Notes: generated by a model not told the origin, from the sequence alone. Counted from the stretch's first letter, positions 9,189-18,476 are shown. The stretch: DNA of 32,000 bases from Candidatus Methylomirabilis limnetica (GCF_003044035.1 NZ_NVQC01000028.1:1-32000), one strand, 5' to 3'. Made by a program: numbers and translations.

Positions 9189-9225
9189 GGTAACTGCTCA
9201 GGTTGATAGGCTGAAGGCTTTTAGC
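9189..9225. repeat. solo arm of the hairpin-element family
   Basis: ggtaactgctcaggttgataggctgaaggcttttagc is the inverted complement of 8634-8670, matching 32 of 37 positions. Confidence 0.8.
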
Positions 9226-9242
9226 TTAAACCCCTGGAATTC

Positions 9243-9767
9243 TCACAAGCGCTTGAGAGTGGTGATCCGGCGCTTGGCTTGCCTCGATGGGCGTCTTGCG
9301 GGACCCTTTAGCCTTCCAGGCCCTGGGGATTCGGGGACCGAATCGTCATCTTTTTGAAACTCGCCACCATCCCCTTCTCGGAGTGCGAGATCTATGCGCT
9401 CGTGAAACTCCTCGGCCGAGAGGACCAAGGCGCCGGTTCGCGCCACGTCATCTGCCAAAGCCCGATCTGATGTAACCACTACCGCCCCTGAGGGGGCTTT
9501 CTCAACAAACCGCACGATGACCTGATCGGCTCGCTCCCCGCGGCGCGAGAAGACCACCTGCAGGCCAGCGGTGAGTCTCACCTGCTCGCTGATCCCGCCC
9601 TGTTCCCACCCATCGAAAACGACAGTGATCCGGTGACCCTTCAGGCGTCGGTAGGCGGCTAATGTTGTCAGGAGAGCTTCCCGCCCCTCCTGCAGGTCTC
9701 GGCGATCAATGGGGTGAAGTTGAGGGGAGCGGCGGATCACATTATAGCCATCAATCACAATCCACAT
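9243..9767 (-). CDS. NYN-domain (YacP-like) predicted RNA-binding/nuclease protein
   Basis: 174 aa starting MWIVIDGYNVI, with TVVFDG and VVVTSDRAL, as in the YacP/DUF901 family. The C-terminal tail is basic. Confidence 0.78.
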   Translation of the reverse strand: MWIVIDGYNVIRRSPQLHPIDRRDLQEGREALLTTLAAYRRLKGHRITVVFDGWEQGGISEQVRLTAGLQVVFSRRGERADQVIVRFVEKAPSGAVVVTSDRALADDVARTGALVLSAEEFHERIDLALREGDGGEFQKDDDSVPESPGPGRLKGPARRPSRQAKRRITTLKRL

Positions 9768-9776
9768 AAACCAGAC

Positions 9777-10484
9777 CTAGCGCCCTGCCGCACCCGTGGG
9801 GGCAGAGCGGATGATATGTAGCAGGGAAGCAACGGCGTCGGCTGGATCGTCCGCCGTCATGATGGCGGAGATCACGGCCGCCCCGTCGGCACCGGCCGCC
9901 ATCACGGAAGCCGTGTTTGAGGCTGTGATTCCTCCAATGCCCAAGATCGGCAACCGAACCCGCCGCCTCACCTCCTCAAGCCGCGCCATACCAATGGGCG
10001 GTCCGTACGCTGCTTTGGATGGCGTCGGGAACAGCGGACCGAGCATGACGAAGTCGGCTCCCCCTCTCTCAGCCTCGATTGCCTCTTCGAGAGAGTGGCA
10101 GGAGACGCCGATCAGTCGCGTTGGTCCCAGTAGGGCCCGCGTCTCGGCAGGCGGGAGGCTCGTTCTGGAAAGGTGAATACCGTCGATCGGCAGGGCCAAC
10201 GTCAAATCGACTCGGTCGTTGATGAGGAGGCAGGCGCCTCGCCCGCGCACAAGCGGGAGGAGTCGCTCAACCAGTTCATAGAGATCTCGCGTAGATAGGT
10301 CCTTCTCGCGGAGCTGGATGGCTTTCGCCCCACCGGCAAGCGCGGCCTCGACGACTACCTCAATGGGCCGACCTTTCGTCAGGGATCGGTCTGTTACGAC
10401 GTACAGACCCCATGAAGACGGGTTTCGGGTTTCGGGTTTCGGGTTTCGGGTTGAAAGAAATGTTCCGGGTTCCACGGGTCGCAT
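9777..10484 (-). CDS. thiE: thiamine-phosphate synthase
   Basis: Contains LYVVTD, IQLREKD, LLINDRVDLAL, GVHL-like IDGIHLS and ISAI motifs. The first 24 or so codons are encoded by a heptamer-repeat hairpin element, so the start is uncertain. Confidence 0.88.
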   Translation of the reverse strand: MRPVEPGTFLSTRNPKPETRNPSSWGLYVVTDRSLTKGRPIEVVVEAALAGGAKAIQLREKDLSTRDLYELVERLLPLVRGRGACLLINDRVDLTLALPIDGIHLSRTSLPPAETRALLGPTRLIGVSCHSLEEAIEAERGGADFVMLGPLFPTPSKAAYGPPIGMARLEEVRRRVRLPILGIGGITASNTASVMAAGADGAAVISAIMTADDPADAVASLLHIIRSAPTGAAGR

Positions 10485-10520
10485 ACCTAACTCGAAACTC
10501 CAAACTCGAAACTCGAAACC
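10419..10520. repeat. heptamer-tandem hairpin element (CGGGTTT x4.8 versus AAACTCG x4.5)
   Basis: The left arm is 10419-10452 and the right arm is 10489-10520. The arms are complementary apart from one position per heptamer, which is G:U on the plus-sense RNA and C:A on the minus-sense RNA. The 36-nt loop contains the thiE ATG. Confidence 0.85.
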
Positions 10521-10523
10521 TGC

Positions 10524-11333
10524 CTATCCGATCATGCCTTCGAGTGGGCTTGAGGCGTTGGCGTAGAGCTTCTTCTGTATCCGTCCGGCCAGGTACGCCA
10601 ATCGCCCGGCAATCATCGCGTGCCGCATCGCTGCCGCCATCGCGACCGGATCTTTGGCGCATGCGATCGCCGTGTTCATCAGGACGCCATCGCATCCCAG
10701 CTCCATGGCGATAGAGGCATCCGAAGCCGTGCCCACCCCCGCATCGATAATAATCGGAACCCGCGCCGCCTCGAGGATGATCCTGATGTTGTGCGGGTTT
10801 CGTATCCCAAGGCCGGAACCGATCGGGGCGGCAAGCGGCATCACTACGGCTGCACCGGCATCCTCCAACTTCTTCGCCATGACCGGATCGTCGTTGGTGT
10901 AGGGCAAGACCACGAAGCCCTCCTTGACCAAGACCTTGGTGGCCTTCAGCAGCTCCTCGGTATCCGGGAAGAGGGTCCGCTGATCGCCGATCACCTCCAG
11001 CTTAACCATGTCAGAGAGACCGACCTCCCGGGCCAGCATCGCGGTCTTGATCGCCTCGTCCGCAGTATAGCAGCCGGCAGTATTGGGCAGGAGCGCGAAC
11101 CGTTTGGTGTCGATATAGTCCAGGAGCGACTCCTGGGTTCGATCCAGGTTCACCCTTCTGACCGCCACCGTTATCATCTCGGCACCCGAGGCCTCATGAG
11201 CCTGCTGCATCGTTCGATGGTCCGGGAACTTGCCCGTCCCAACGATGAGCCGCGACCGAAACTCCCTACCGGCAAATTTAAGGGTGTCGCCGTTCTCCAT
11301 CACATTCTGCTCCAGCACCGTCTCGCTCCTCAT
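10524..11333 (-). CDS. thiG: thiazole synthase
   Basis: 269 aa with [34 protein letters not shown] and the [11 protein letters not shown] signature. Its ATG overlaps the thiS stop (ATGA). Confidence 0.93.
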   Translation of the reverse strand: MRSETVLEQNVMENGDTLKFAGREFRSRLIVGTGKFPDHRTMQQAHEASGAEMITVAVRRVNLDRTQESLLDYIDTKRFALLPNTAGCYTADEAIKTAMLAREVGLSDMVKLEVIGDQRTLFPDTEELLKATKVLVKEGFVVLPYTNDDPVMAKKLEDAGAAVVMPLAAPIGSGLGIRNPHNIRIILEAARVPIIIDAGVGTASDASIAMELGCDGVLMNTAIACAKDPVAMAAAMRHAMIAGRLAYLAGRIQKKLYANASSPLEGMIG

Positions 11334-11557
11334 TGGGATCCGCCAGCCATGAAGGTGATAATCTCCAGCGTGTCCCCTGCTTGCAGCGCAGTGCTCTCAT
11401 ACAGCTCGCGCTTGATGATCCGCTGATCAAGCTGGACCGCAACCCTGAGCGGGTTGATCTGCAACTCCCCCAGCAACGCGGTAATCGTGGCGCCGTCTGT
11501 CGCTTCGAGCTTCTTCCCGTTGACTGTAAGTTCCACTATAAAGCTCTTTCCGATCAA
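11330..11557 (-). CDS. thiS: sulfur carrier protein ThiS
   Basis: A ubiquitin-like small protein (LTVNGKKLE...[13 protein letters not shown]) translationally coupled to thiG. The start is either TTG at 11557 or GTG at 11536. Two residues (SQ) follow the GG. Confidence 0.82.
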   Translation of the reverse strand: MIGKSFIVELTVNGKKLEATDGATITALLGELQINPLRVAVQLDQRIIKRELYESTALQAGDTLEIITFMAGGSQ

Positions 11558-11562
11558 GGAAA

Positions 11563-11651
11563 GCTATCAGCGGTCAGCTTTCAGCAAAGAGAAGGTTGCT
11601 TGTCTTTCTACACCTCGCTGATCGCTAGCTGCTGACTGCTGAACGCTGCTG
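11563..11651. repeat. TCAG/CTGA-rich oligomer hairpin element in the thiS 5' region
   Basis: The left arm gctatcagcggtcagctttcagc faces the right arm gctgatcgctagctgctgactgctgaacgctgctg. The architecture matches the other intergenic hairpins. Confidence 0.65.
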
Positions 11652-11658
11652 TATTTTG

Positions 11659-11687
11659 ACCTTAGCCCACGTATGACGACTTGTCAA
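11659..11687 (-). promoter_or_regulatory. candidate promoter of the thiS-thiG-thiE operon
   Basis: The minus strand reads TTGACA, a 17-nt spacer, then TAAGGT. Confidence 0.4.
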
Positions 11688-11696
11688 CGCACCATC

Positions 11697-12488
11697 TTAC
11701 TCCCGCCCACTGAATGCCGGTGTGCGCTTCTCGATAAAGGCTTGTACTCCTTCGCGAAAGTCCGCAGTCTGGCTGCTCAGCGCGATGAGCTGGGCCTCGT
11801 TCTCCATTTGGGTCTCCAGGCTTGCATGGTCGCTCATGAACAGGAGCCGCTTGGCTCGCCCGAGGGCGGGCGTCGGGCCGGCGGCTAGCTCGTTCGCCAT
11901 GGCGTCTACAACAGTAACAAGCTCAGCGTCTGGCACTACCCGGTTCACCAGTCCCCATTCTTTAGCCTCTTCTGCCGTCAGAACCCGGTTGGTGAATGTC
12001 AACTCCATAGCGCGTCGCAACCCCACTAATCGTGGAAGAAAATAACTCGAGCTGGCATCCGGGGTAGCGCCAATTTTCGTATAGGCCATGGTGAATCGAG
12101 CAGACTCAGCCGCCACCGCCAGATCGCAGGCCATGACCAAGCCCATCCCGGCGCCGGCGGCTACCCCGCCCACTCCAGCGATGACCGGCTTTGACATACG
12201 ACAGATGCATGTGATCACGCTGTGAAGAGACATCAACAGCCGTTTTACGTGCAGGGTGATGGTGTTCGTATGTTCGATGAACCCCCTGACATCTCCGCCG
12301 GCGCAAAAGGCCTGGCCGGCGCCCATCAGCACCACCGCACGAACTGCCCGGTCCTCGTGGCAGGCGAGGACCACCTCCAGCAGCTCCTCCACCATCTGCC
12401 TATTCAGGGCATTGTAACGATCAGGCCGGTTCAGGGTGATATTGGCCACCGAGCCCTTTACCGTGTGGATCAGTGTCTTGTAGGCCAT
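11697..12488 (-). CDS. enoyl-CoA hydratase/isomerase (crotonase) family protein
   Basis: ITLNRPDRYNAL and AFCAGGDV oxyanion-hole motifs. The ATG at 12488 follows a GGTGGGGG RBS. The longer ORF to 12563 runs through a repeat arm. Confidence 0.88.
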   Translation of the reverse strand: MAYKTLIHTVKGSVANITLNRPDRYNALNRQMVEELLEVVLACHEDRAVRAVVLMGAGQAFCAGGDVRGFIEHTNTITLHVKRLLMSLHSVITCICRMSKPVIAGVGGVAAGAGMGLVMACDLAVAAESARFTMAYTKIGATPDASSSYFLPRLVGLRRAMELTFTNRVLTAEEAKEWGLVNRVVPDAELVTVVDAMANELAAGPTPALGRAKRLLFMSDHASLETQMENEAQLIALSSQTADFREGVQAFIEKRTPAFSGRE

Positions 12489-12500
12489 TCTGCCCCCACC

Positions 12501-12524
12501 AAAGCCTTCAGTCTTCAGCCTATT
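12501..12524. repeat. solo arm of the hairpin-element family
   Basis: aaagccttcagtcttcagcctatt abuts and overlaps the stop codon of the NYN/LOTUS gene. Confidence 0.7.
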
Positions 12525-13275
12525 ATGTGCCTTCCGCGAAGCTGGTGATGATATACGTACCACTCTTAGGATCCCGCCTCAGCTCGATGATATTGTGTTT
12601 GACAGCGTCCTCTAACAGCTTGGAAAAGGTACTGTATCCGTAGTACCCTTCGTTAAAGGAGGGCCGCTTGCGGATCATCGTCTGTTTGACCATTGACCCC
12701 CAGAGCACCTCTTTGTTCTCCCGCATGAGAGCCTGGATAGAGTCGCTCAGGAGTTCGAATACCTCCACCTTCTTCTCAGGCAGGCCGGCGAGGACGGGTG
12801 GCTTCTTGGGGGAGCGAATCAGGTCTTCGTAGTAGATGAATTCGTCGCAGTTGTCCACCAGCAGCTCCGAGACCGAATTCTTAACGCCGAGACCGATGAC
12901 CTCCTTATTATTCTCTCGCAATTTGGAGACCAGAGGCGAAAAATCGCTATCACCAGAGACGATGACAAAGGTGTTCAGGTGCTCCTTGGACCACGCCAGG
13001 TCCATCGCATCCACCGCCAGCCGGATATCAGCACTATTCTTGCCGCTGATTCGCTTCTGCGGGATGTCGATCAGCTCGATAGCCGCTTCGTGGAGGTGCC
13101 GTTTGTACTCAGCGTAGCGTCCCCAGTCGGCGTAGGCACGCTTGACCATAATCGTTCCCTTCTCCACGAGCCGCTCAAGCACAAGGCCGATCTCGAACTG
13201 CTTCTTGGCCTGTTTGATACCAATCGCGATGTTCTCAAAGTCGATGAAGAGGGCGAGTCTCTTCTCTTCGTTCAT
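12523..13275 (-). CDS. NYN-domain (LabA-like) protein with C-terminal OST-HTH/LOTUS domain
   Basis: Starts MNEEKRLALFIDFENI, with ADIRLAVDAMDL and IVSGDSDFSPLV (NYN). The C-terminal 70 or so aa (WGSMVKQTMIRKRPSFNEGYYGYSTFSKLLEDA) look LOTUS-like. The ATG at 13275 follows an AGAAAGGGG RBS. Confidence 0.82.
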   Translation of the reverse strand: MNEEKRLALFIDFENIAIGIKQAKKQFEIGLVLERLVEKGTIMVKRAYADWGRYAEYKRHLHEAAIELIDIPQKRISGKNSADIRLAVDAMDLAWSKEHLNTFVIVSGDSDFSPLVSKLRENNKEVIGLGVKNSVSELLVDNCDEFIYYEDLIRSPKKPPVLAGLPEKKVEVFELLSDSIQALMRENKEVLWGSMVKQTMIRKRPSFNEGYYGYSTFSKLLEDAVKHNIIELRRDPKSGTYIITSFAEGT

Positions 13276-13494
13276 TGAACCCCTTTCTGCTTGACGCCCT
13301 TCAGGCGACGCCGATGGCATGACGGATGAGCCGCATTTCCGGCCGCAGTACCCCCTTGGCTCAAGATAAGCCTAAACATGCCACCCGTAGCCTGTCAACA
13401 GGTTTAATCGGACTGAGTCTCTGCTTGGGAGATACCGCTCCCTTCCTCAGCCCAGTTCTTCTACCGTCACCTACCCTCGCCGGATCATTTCTTC

Positions 13495-14739
13495 TCATTT
13501 CTGATGGGAAGCCGCCACGGTTGTACCGGCCCATCGCTCCACCACCATGGCGGCAAGGCCTTGCCGACTTGAGCGGCTGGCGATGAACCACGACACTGCG
13601 AGCACAATGTAGCCGATGGCATAGAGGTGGCGGGAAATGGGATCCGTGAAGAACAGTTGAGTGATAAAGAGAACGAAGATGAGACCAGCCTCTGTCAGAG
13701 AGAACGAAAGATTTACCAGCACGGCAATCGCGAAGAGGGATTGGGCCGCTGTCAGAAATATCTCCTCGGTCTGCCTGGCATCCAGGTGCATCGCCCCAAG
13801 ATGGCCGGCAGAAAGGTTGTAGGCAAGCGGGAGCGTGCCGATCAGGAGGGTCCATTGATTGACCTTGGAAGACAGTAGCGTGCCCATGCTAGCCCCTGGG
13901 TTCCCACGAAGCGCGAAGACGATCGCCACGATGAACTCGGGCGACTCGGAGGCCAGCGGCGCCAGCCACTGCACCAGGAGAAACTCCTCAATAGCGAATA
14001 TCCGGCCGGTAGCCAAAAGGCTCTCGGCGAAGGGCTCGGCCGCTAGAAAGATGCCGAGCCCGGCATAGACGAACATCGCGATGGTAGCCAACCGACGATA
14101 GTTCGGCTGTAGTTGCATCAGCAGTTCCCCGACCCCTCCATCCAGTTCTGGTTCGACGACCTGTGCCTTCGAGACGGAAATCATGTACGACACGAAAATC
14201 GCCACCAGGATTAACGAGTCGAGCGCCGAGAGGGTTCCTTTCAGTGGGATGATGAAGCTATAGATGGTGGCGAGCACAAGATGAAAGAGTTCGATGTAGC
14301 GAGATCGGTCAAGGACGACCTGCCGATGTCGGGTCTTAAGCCAGAATGTCACGACAACAGAGGCCCACCCAACGCCGATCAGTAGGCGATTTGCGCCGGT
14401 CATGTTGGCAGTGGCGTAAGGGATGTAAGTCGGGTCCTTGCCGGCAGACCAGGCAAAGTAGATGTCCACCGCATATTCCGGGAGCACGGCAACCAGCGCG
14501 AGGAAGGCAAGCGCGAGCGCCTGCGGGATATCGACTTGTGCCACCTCGGCCGCCCAGGAGAGGAGGAACGCGGCCCCAAAGATGGCCAATCCGGCGCCCA
14601 CCATCTCCCATTGAGGTGGCAGGTGAACGTCGAAGAGCCGGATGCCTATCCACTGCAAGGGCAAAAGGATGGCGGCGATCAACCGCAGATTTACGCTCAT
14701 AGCCAAGGTCCCGTTTGGCTTCCCGCACCTGTCTTCCAA
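13495..14739 (-). CDS. sodium/calcium exchanger (CaCA) family membrane protein
   Basis: 414 aa and polytopic. There are two alpha-repeat-like segments (AVLPEYAVD and [18 protein letters not shown]). An alternative start is at 14700. Confidence 0.65.
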   Translation of the reverse strand: MEDRCGKPNGTLAMSVNLRLIAAILLPLQWIGIRLFDVHLPPQWEMVGAGLAIFGAAFLLSWAAEVAQVDIPQALALAFLALVAVLPEYAVDIYFAWSAGKDPTYIPYATANMTGANRLLIGVGWASVVVTFWLKTRHRQVVLDRSRYIELFHLVLATIYSFIIPLKGTLSALDSLILVAIFVSYMISVSKAQVVEPELDGGVGELLMQLQPNYRRLATIAMFVYAGLGIFLAAEPFAESLLATGRIFAIEEFLLVQWLAPLASESPEFIVAIVFALRGNPGASMGTLLSSKVNQWTLLIGTLPLAYNLSAGHLGAMHLDARQTEEIFLTAAQSLFAIAVLVNLSFSLTEAGLIFVLFITQLFFTDPISRHLYAIGYIVLAVSWFIASRSSRQGLAAMVVERWAGTTVAASHQK

Positions 14740-14743
14740 GGAC

Positions 14744-15487
14744 TCATCCGACTTCCTGGTCCCCTGCTATGTCTCGCTTTTGCCGCTGCCGCCGATAATG
14801 ATCGAGCTTGATCCATCTGAAGAGCGGCTCGCGATACAGGTAGAGCAGCAGACACGCTATAGACAGGAAGAAGACAAAGGCAAAGAGGCTGCCATAGTGA
14901 GCGGTCCGGACTTGCCTTCCCTGCATGGACAGGAGCCAGGTACCGGGGATACGGCCCACGGTGGTGAGTAGGAAGAAGGCACCGAACGACAGGGGGCTGG
15001 CACCAAGAATGTAGCACAGGACGTCCTTCGGGAAACCAGGGATAAGAAAGAGGAGGAAGGTGATCAACTTGCCCTGGGTCCGCGTGAGAAAGAAGAACAT
15101 CTCGTAGGTCTTGGGTGTAACGAATCGGCGAGCGAAATGGTGTCCCAGCCAACGACCTAGGCCGAAGGCGAGGCAGGAGCCGATGGTTAAGCCGATGGTG
15201 GAATAGATGAGACCTGCACGCGTCCCGAAGAGATACCCGCCGATGATGCCAGTCGCCTCACCGGGGATCGGCGAGACTATGACCTGAAGAGCCTGGAGCC
15301 CGATGAAAACGAGAGGTCCCCACGGTCCGGCCTGTTCGACGTACCGAGCTAAAACCTGTTCGTTGGTGTAGGGAGCAATCCACTCCCAGTACCCTCCCAG
15401 GTCGAGCCACTCGCCCCACAGGGTATAGGCGTATGCCAGGCCGGCCACGGCCATGAGGACCGTGGCAATCATCACGGTTTTCTTCAT
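14744..15487 (-). CDS. TVP38/TMEM64 (DedA-related, SNARE-associated) membrane protein
   Basis: 247 aa with the [18 protein letters not shown] motif and multiple TM helices. Confidence 0.78.
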   Translation of the reverse strand: MKKTVMIATVLMAVAGLAYAYTLWGEWLDLGGYWEWIAPYTNEQVLARYVEQAGPWGPLVFIGLQALQVIVSPIPGEATGIIGGYLFGTRAGLIYSTIGLTIGSCLAFGLGRWLGHHFARRFVTPKTYEMFFFLTRTQGKLITFLLFLIPGFPKDVLCYILGASPLSFGAFFLLTTVGRIPGTWLLSMQGRQVRTAHYGSLFAFVFFLSIACLLLYLYREPLFRWIKLDHYRRQRQKRDIAGDQEVG

Positions 15488-15616
15488 CGACGAACGTTGC
15501 TCGATCGACTTGGCCCACCAGGCCGTGAGTATAGCTCACCACAGAGCCCAGCCAATGAACGCGCTGAAAATGAACTACCCCACAGCAAGCTACGGGGTAT
15601 CGTCTTCTGTTCTGAC

Positions 15617-15682
15617 CCGTCATTCCGTGCTTGACACGGAATCCAGTCGGGCCCTCTGGATACCGGCTTCCGCCGGTATGAC
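15617..15682. repeat. composite palindromic element (three hairpins closed by CGTCAT/ATGACG)
   Basis: Hairpins attccgtg-cttgac-acggaat, ccag-tcgggccct-ctgg and ataccggc-ttcc-gccggtat are enclosed by cgtcat...atgacg. The plus-frame translation gives HSVLDTES...WIPASAGMT. Confidence 0.7.
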
Positions 15683-15891
15683 GAACTCGCGGCAAGCCGC
15701 AGGGTATCAACCCTCAACGGAATGAAACGGCAAGGTGTGGAGTTTGACTTGGAATGATTAGGGTGCAGTATCGTCATATCTCGTCACTCTCTTACCTGCT
15801 AAGCCACGTTACTGTCAAGAAAAATTCGTCCAACCTGTATGACGGCAGACTGGCGTCGGCCTCTTCGGCTCAGAACGATGGACTCGCCACC

Positions 15892-15920
15892 TTGACATTG
15901 CGGGACCAGCGGCTTATCCT
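15892..15920 (+). promoter_or_regulatory. candidate promoter of the zinc-ribbon gene
   Basis: TTGACA, a 17-nt spacer, then TATCCT, about 108 nt upstream of the GTG at 16029. Confidence 0.4.
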
Positions 15921-16028
15921 ATCGTACACGGCTGGACCGAACCAGCTTGAGCCGATGAGCGTGACCAGCGAAGGCGTACTGTTATCGGTCGTCTTCTGGT
16001 GAGGCCGGTCGAAAAGGAGGTAGCATTT

Positions 16029-16310
16029 GTGCCAATCTACGAATACGAGTGCGAGGTCTGTAATCACAGGTTCGAGGTAATCCAAAAGATCTCTGACAAA
16101 CCGGTCAAAAAGTGCGTGTTGTGCCAGGGGAAAGTCTACAAGGTTTTCTCCGCCCCCGGCCTGCTCTTTAAGGGATCGGGGTGGTATGTGACCGATTACG
16201 CCAATCCAGAGCGGAAAAAGGCCGTAGAGGCAGATAAAAAAGCAGCTTCGGCCGATAGTGGAAGCGTAAAAGCCGTGAGCAAGGAGTCGAAGAAGAGCGA
16301 AACCCCCTAA
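16029..16310 (+). CDS. FmdB-family (CxxC_CxxC_SSSS) zinc-ribbon putative regulatory protein
   Basis: The GTG start is 8 nt after AAGGAGG. The protein begins (V)PIYEYECEVCNHRFEV...KKCVLCQG and has a K/S-rich tail. Confidence 0.85.
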   Translation: MPIYEYECEVCNHRFEVIQKISDKPVKKCVLCQGKVYKVFSAPGLLFKGSGWYVTDYANPERKKAVEADKKAASADSGSVKAVSKESKKSETP

Positions 16311-16368
16311 CTTGGCCTGAACGGCCGGCCTCAGGCGCGACGAAGCAGACGAGGAGTCACCTGCGCGT

Positions 16369-17214
16369 TCATCCGGGTGCGTTATCCTGCACAGCGTCGA
16401 TAAACTCCAATGGAGGTATGGACTTGAGTTCCCCCTCCGCCTCCAGCAATGTGAAAAAAAGGCGGAGCCCCTCCAGATGCCGTGGAGTCAGATCGAAGGA
16501 GAGGCGCTCCTTCAGGTAGGTTGCACAAGCGTCTCGGTTCAGCCTGACCCGTTGACAGACTGCCTCGCAGATCTCATCAAGCCGAGCGAGGCTGTAGCGC
16601 TTGGAGCAGAGCAGGGCGCGATGGAGCCGATGCGTCTCATCCCGATGATCGCGATAAAAGTCTCGGCGGACCGCCCAGACGGCAAAGACAAACGGCAGAC
16701 CCGTCAATTCCTTCCATCCCTGACCTAAATCAAGGGTGAAGGGAAGTTGTCCCCTCGCCCGAAGCGCCGGATCACCGATCATCAAGACCCCAGCAACATC
16801 TTCCGAGAGTGAGTCGGTTGTCTCTGCCCCGGCCGGCAGAAACCGAGGCCTCACCCCAAACGCCTTCGCAAGCAGGAGCTTTACCAGGAAGACCGATGTG
16901 AGGGAATCCCTGCTCAGGCGGACCGGTTTCCCATCGAGGTCGCATGGCTTCACCCGGCTCAAGAGCAGAACACTTTCAGTCGGGCCATCCGAACCTATCG
17001 CCAGGTCCGGGAGGATCAGATATCTGTCCGAATGGCACGCATACTCAATGGCGGAGATGACTGACAGATCAAGATCCCCCGCCCGGAGCATACCGTTCAG
17101 CTCGGCAGGAGTCCCCTCAACGATCCGGCATTCTGCCGGGATCGCGCCCTGCTCGATCCCGTAATAGACCGGCTCACAATTGATATATGCCACCTTGCCC
17201 AGTGCCGGCTTCAC
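16369..17214 (-). CDS. mqnA: chorismate dehydratase MqnA (futalosine menaquinone pathway)
   Basis: 281 aa with VAYINCEPVYYG, a PBP-like fold, and FVFAVWAVRRD typical of MqnA/DUF178. Confidence 0.8.
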   Translation of the reverse strand: MKPALGKVAYINCEPVYYGIEQGAIPAECRIVEGTPAELNGMLRAGDLDLSVISAIEYACHSDRYLILPDLAIGSDGPTESVLLLSRVKPCDLDGKPVRLSRDSLTSVFLVKLLLAKAFGVRPRFLPAGAETTDSLSEDVAGVLMIGDPALRARGQLPFTLDLGQGWKELTGLPFVFAVWAVRRDFYRDHRDETHRLHRALLCSKRYSLARLDEICEAVCQRVRLNRDACATYLKERLSFDLTPRHLEGLRLFFTLLEAEGELKSIPPLEFIDAVQDNAPG

Positions 17215-18476
17215 CGCTCCGCCCCCTCGCGTTGATACACGATCTTCCCTTCCACCATGCTCAAAACGACTAACCCATCCGAGGCCTGGCTGAGAAGCGA
17301 TCCATACGGGTCGGCATCGTCGAGGCGATCGATGGCCAGGGCAGTAAGGTCAGCCCGCTTACCGGGCGTAAGCGACCCGATGGCCCCGGCCATCCCGAGT
17401 ACCGCGGCCCCGCCGAGCGTTGCCATTGTCACAAGCTGCTGCGCCGTGACCGCCCCGCCATAGAGGCGATGCGCAAATCGCATCTCGTCCCAGAGGCTCA
17501 GCGTCTCATTGCTGGCCAGTGAATCGGTCCCCAGGCCGACTCGAAGTCCGGACGCCAGGTACCGGGGGAGGGGAGCAGTTCCCACGTTGAGATAGTCATT
17601 ACTTCTGGGACACATGGCCAGTGCCACCCCTCGCTGTTTCAGCAACTCGAGATCAGATCCCCCCACATGCACCCCGTGCACAGCCAGTAACTGCTCCGAG
17701 AGTAGGCCGGCTCGGTCGAGAAGCGCGACCGGGCTTTCGCCGCAGACTCGATGGGATGGCGAATGCCGACCCACGGCTGGCAGCAGCTCACTAGCGATCG
17801 GCCCGATCCCGAGCCCGATATACGTCACCTCCTCGGGAGATTCGGCCAAGTGAATTGTCGCCGGGAGGCGCCGTCGCCGCAACAGTTCGGCACAGCGCAG
17901 CAGAAGCGGCTCTGACAGGCTGTACGGCGCGTGTGGTGACAGGCCGACCGACAACAGACTTCCGCTCGCTTGGAGCTGAAGCGACTGAAGGGCCTTCTCG
18001 GCAGCGTCGATCCGTTCCGTGGCCTGCTCAGGGTCAAGTCCCAGGATCTCCTGAAAGATGATACCCCTGAGCCCCGCTGCCTTGAGAGGGGCTACGCTTC
18101 TGCCGGACGTAGTAATGTCGGCTACACAGGTGACGCCGCTTCGGAGCAGAGCCGTGGTACCCAGGCGAGCCGACGTCGCAAAGAACGCGCCATCCAACTC
18201 GGAGCGGAGATTGAGCAGGGTGGTTGCCCATTCGGTAAACGATCTGCCAAAAGGAAGGCGGCCGTGCAGCCCGGTCAGCTCCAGGTGGGTGTGAGCATTG
18301 ACCAGGCCGGGGAGGAGGACTGCGCCCCCCAGGTCGTCGTGAGGTTCTGTCGCGAAATCCCTTATGAGTGCAGACGCCTTGCCCACCGCGCAGATGACCC
18401 CATCGCGAATCAGGAGGCCACCGTCTAAAAGGGGAGGGCTGGAAATGGGGAGCAGGAAACGAGCGGTCAGGATCAC
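17211..18476 (-). CDS. amidohydrolase-superfamily deaminase (possibly aminodeoxyfutalosine deaminase)
   Basis: 421 aa with the PGLVNAHTHLE metal-binding motif and later H and D ligands (HLAES, GTDS). It overlaps mqnA by 4 nt. The specific substrate is inferred only from gene context. Confidence 0.75.
   Translation of the reverse strand: MILTARFLLPISSPPLLDGGLLIRDGVICAVGKASALIRDFATEPHDDLGGAVLLPGLVNAHTHLELTGLHGRLPFGRSFTEWATTLLNLRSELDGAFFATSARLGTTALLRSGVTCVADITTSGRSVAPLKAAGLRGIIFQEILGLDPEQATERIDAAEKALQSLQLQASGSLLSVGLSPHAPYSLSEPLLLRCAELLRRRRLPATIHLAESPEEVTYIGLGIGPIASELLPAVGRHSPSHRVCGESPVALLDRAGLLSEQLLAVHGVHVGGSDLELLKQRGVALAMCPRSNDYLNVGTAPLPRYLASGLRVGLGTDSLASNETLSLWDEMRFAHRLYGGAVTAQQLVTMATLGGAAVLGMAGAIGSLTPGKRADLTALAIDRLDDADPYGSLLSQASDGLVVLSMVEGKIVYQREGAER

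Noticed and set aside
11558-11696. An expected TPP (THI-box) riboswitch upstream of thiS.
   Set aside because: I looked on the minus strand for the conserved CUGAGA and ACCUGAUCUGGAUAAUGCCAGCG-like cores and did not find them. The region is instead occupied by a TCAG/CTGA oligomer hairpin. A covariance-model scan would settle this.
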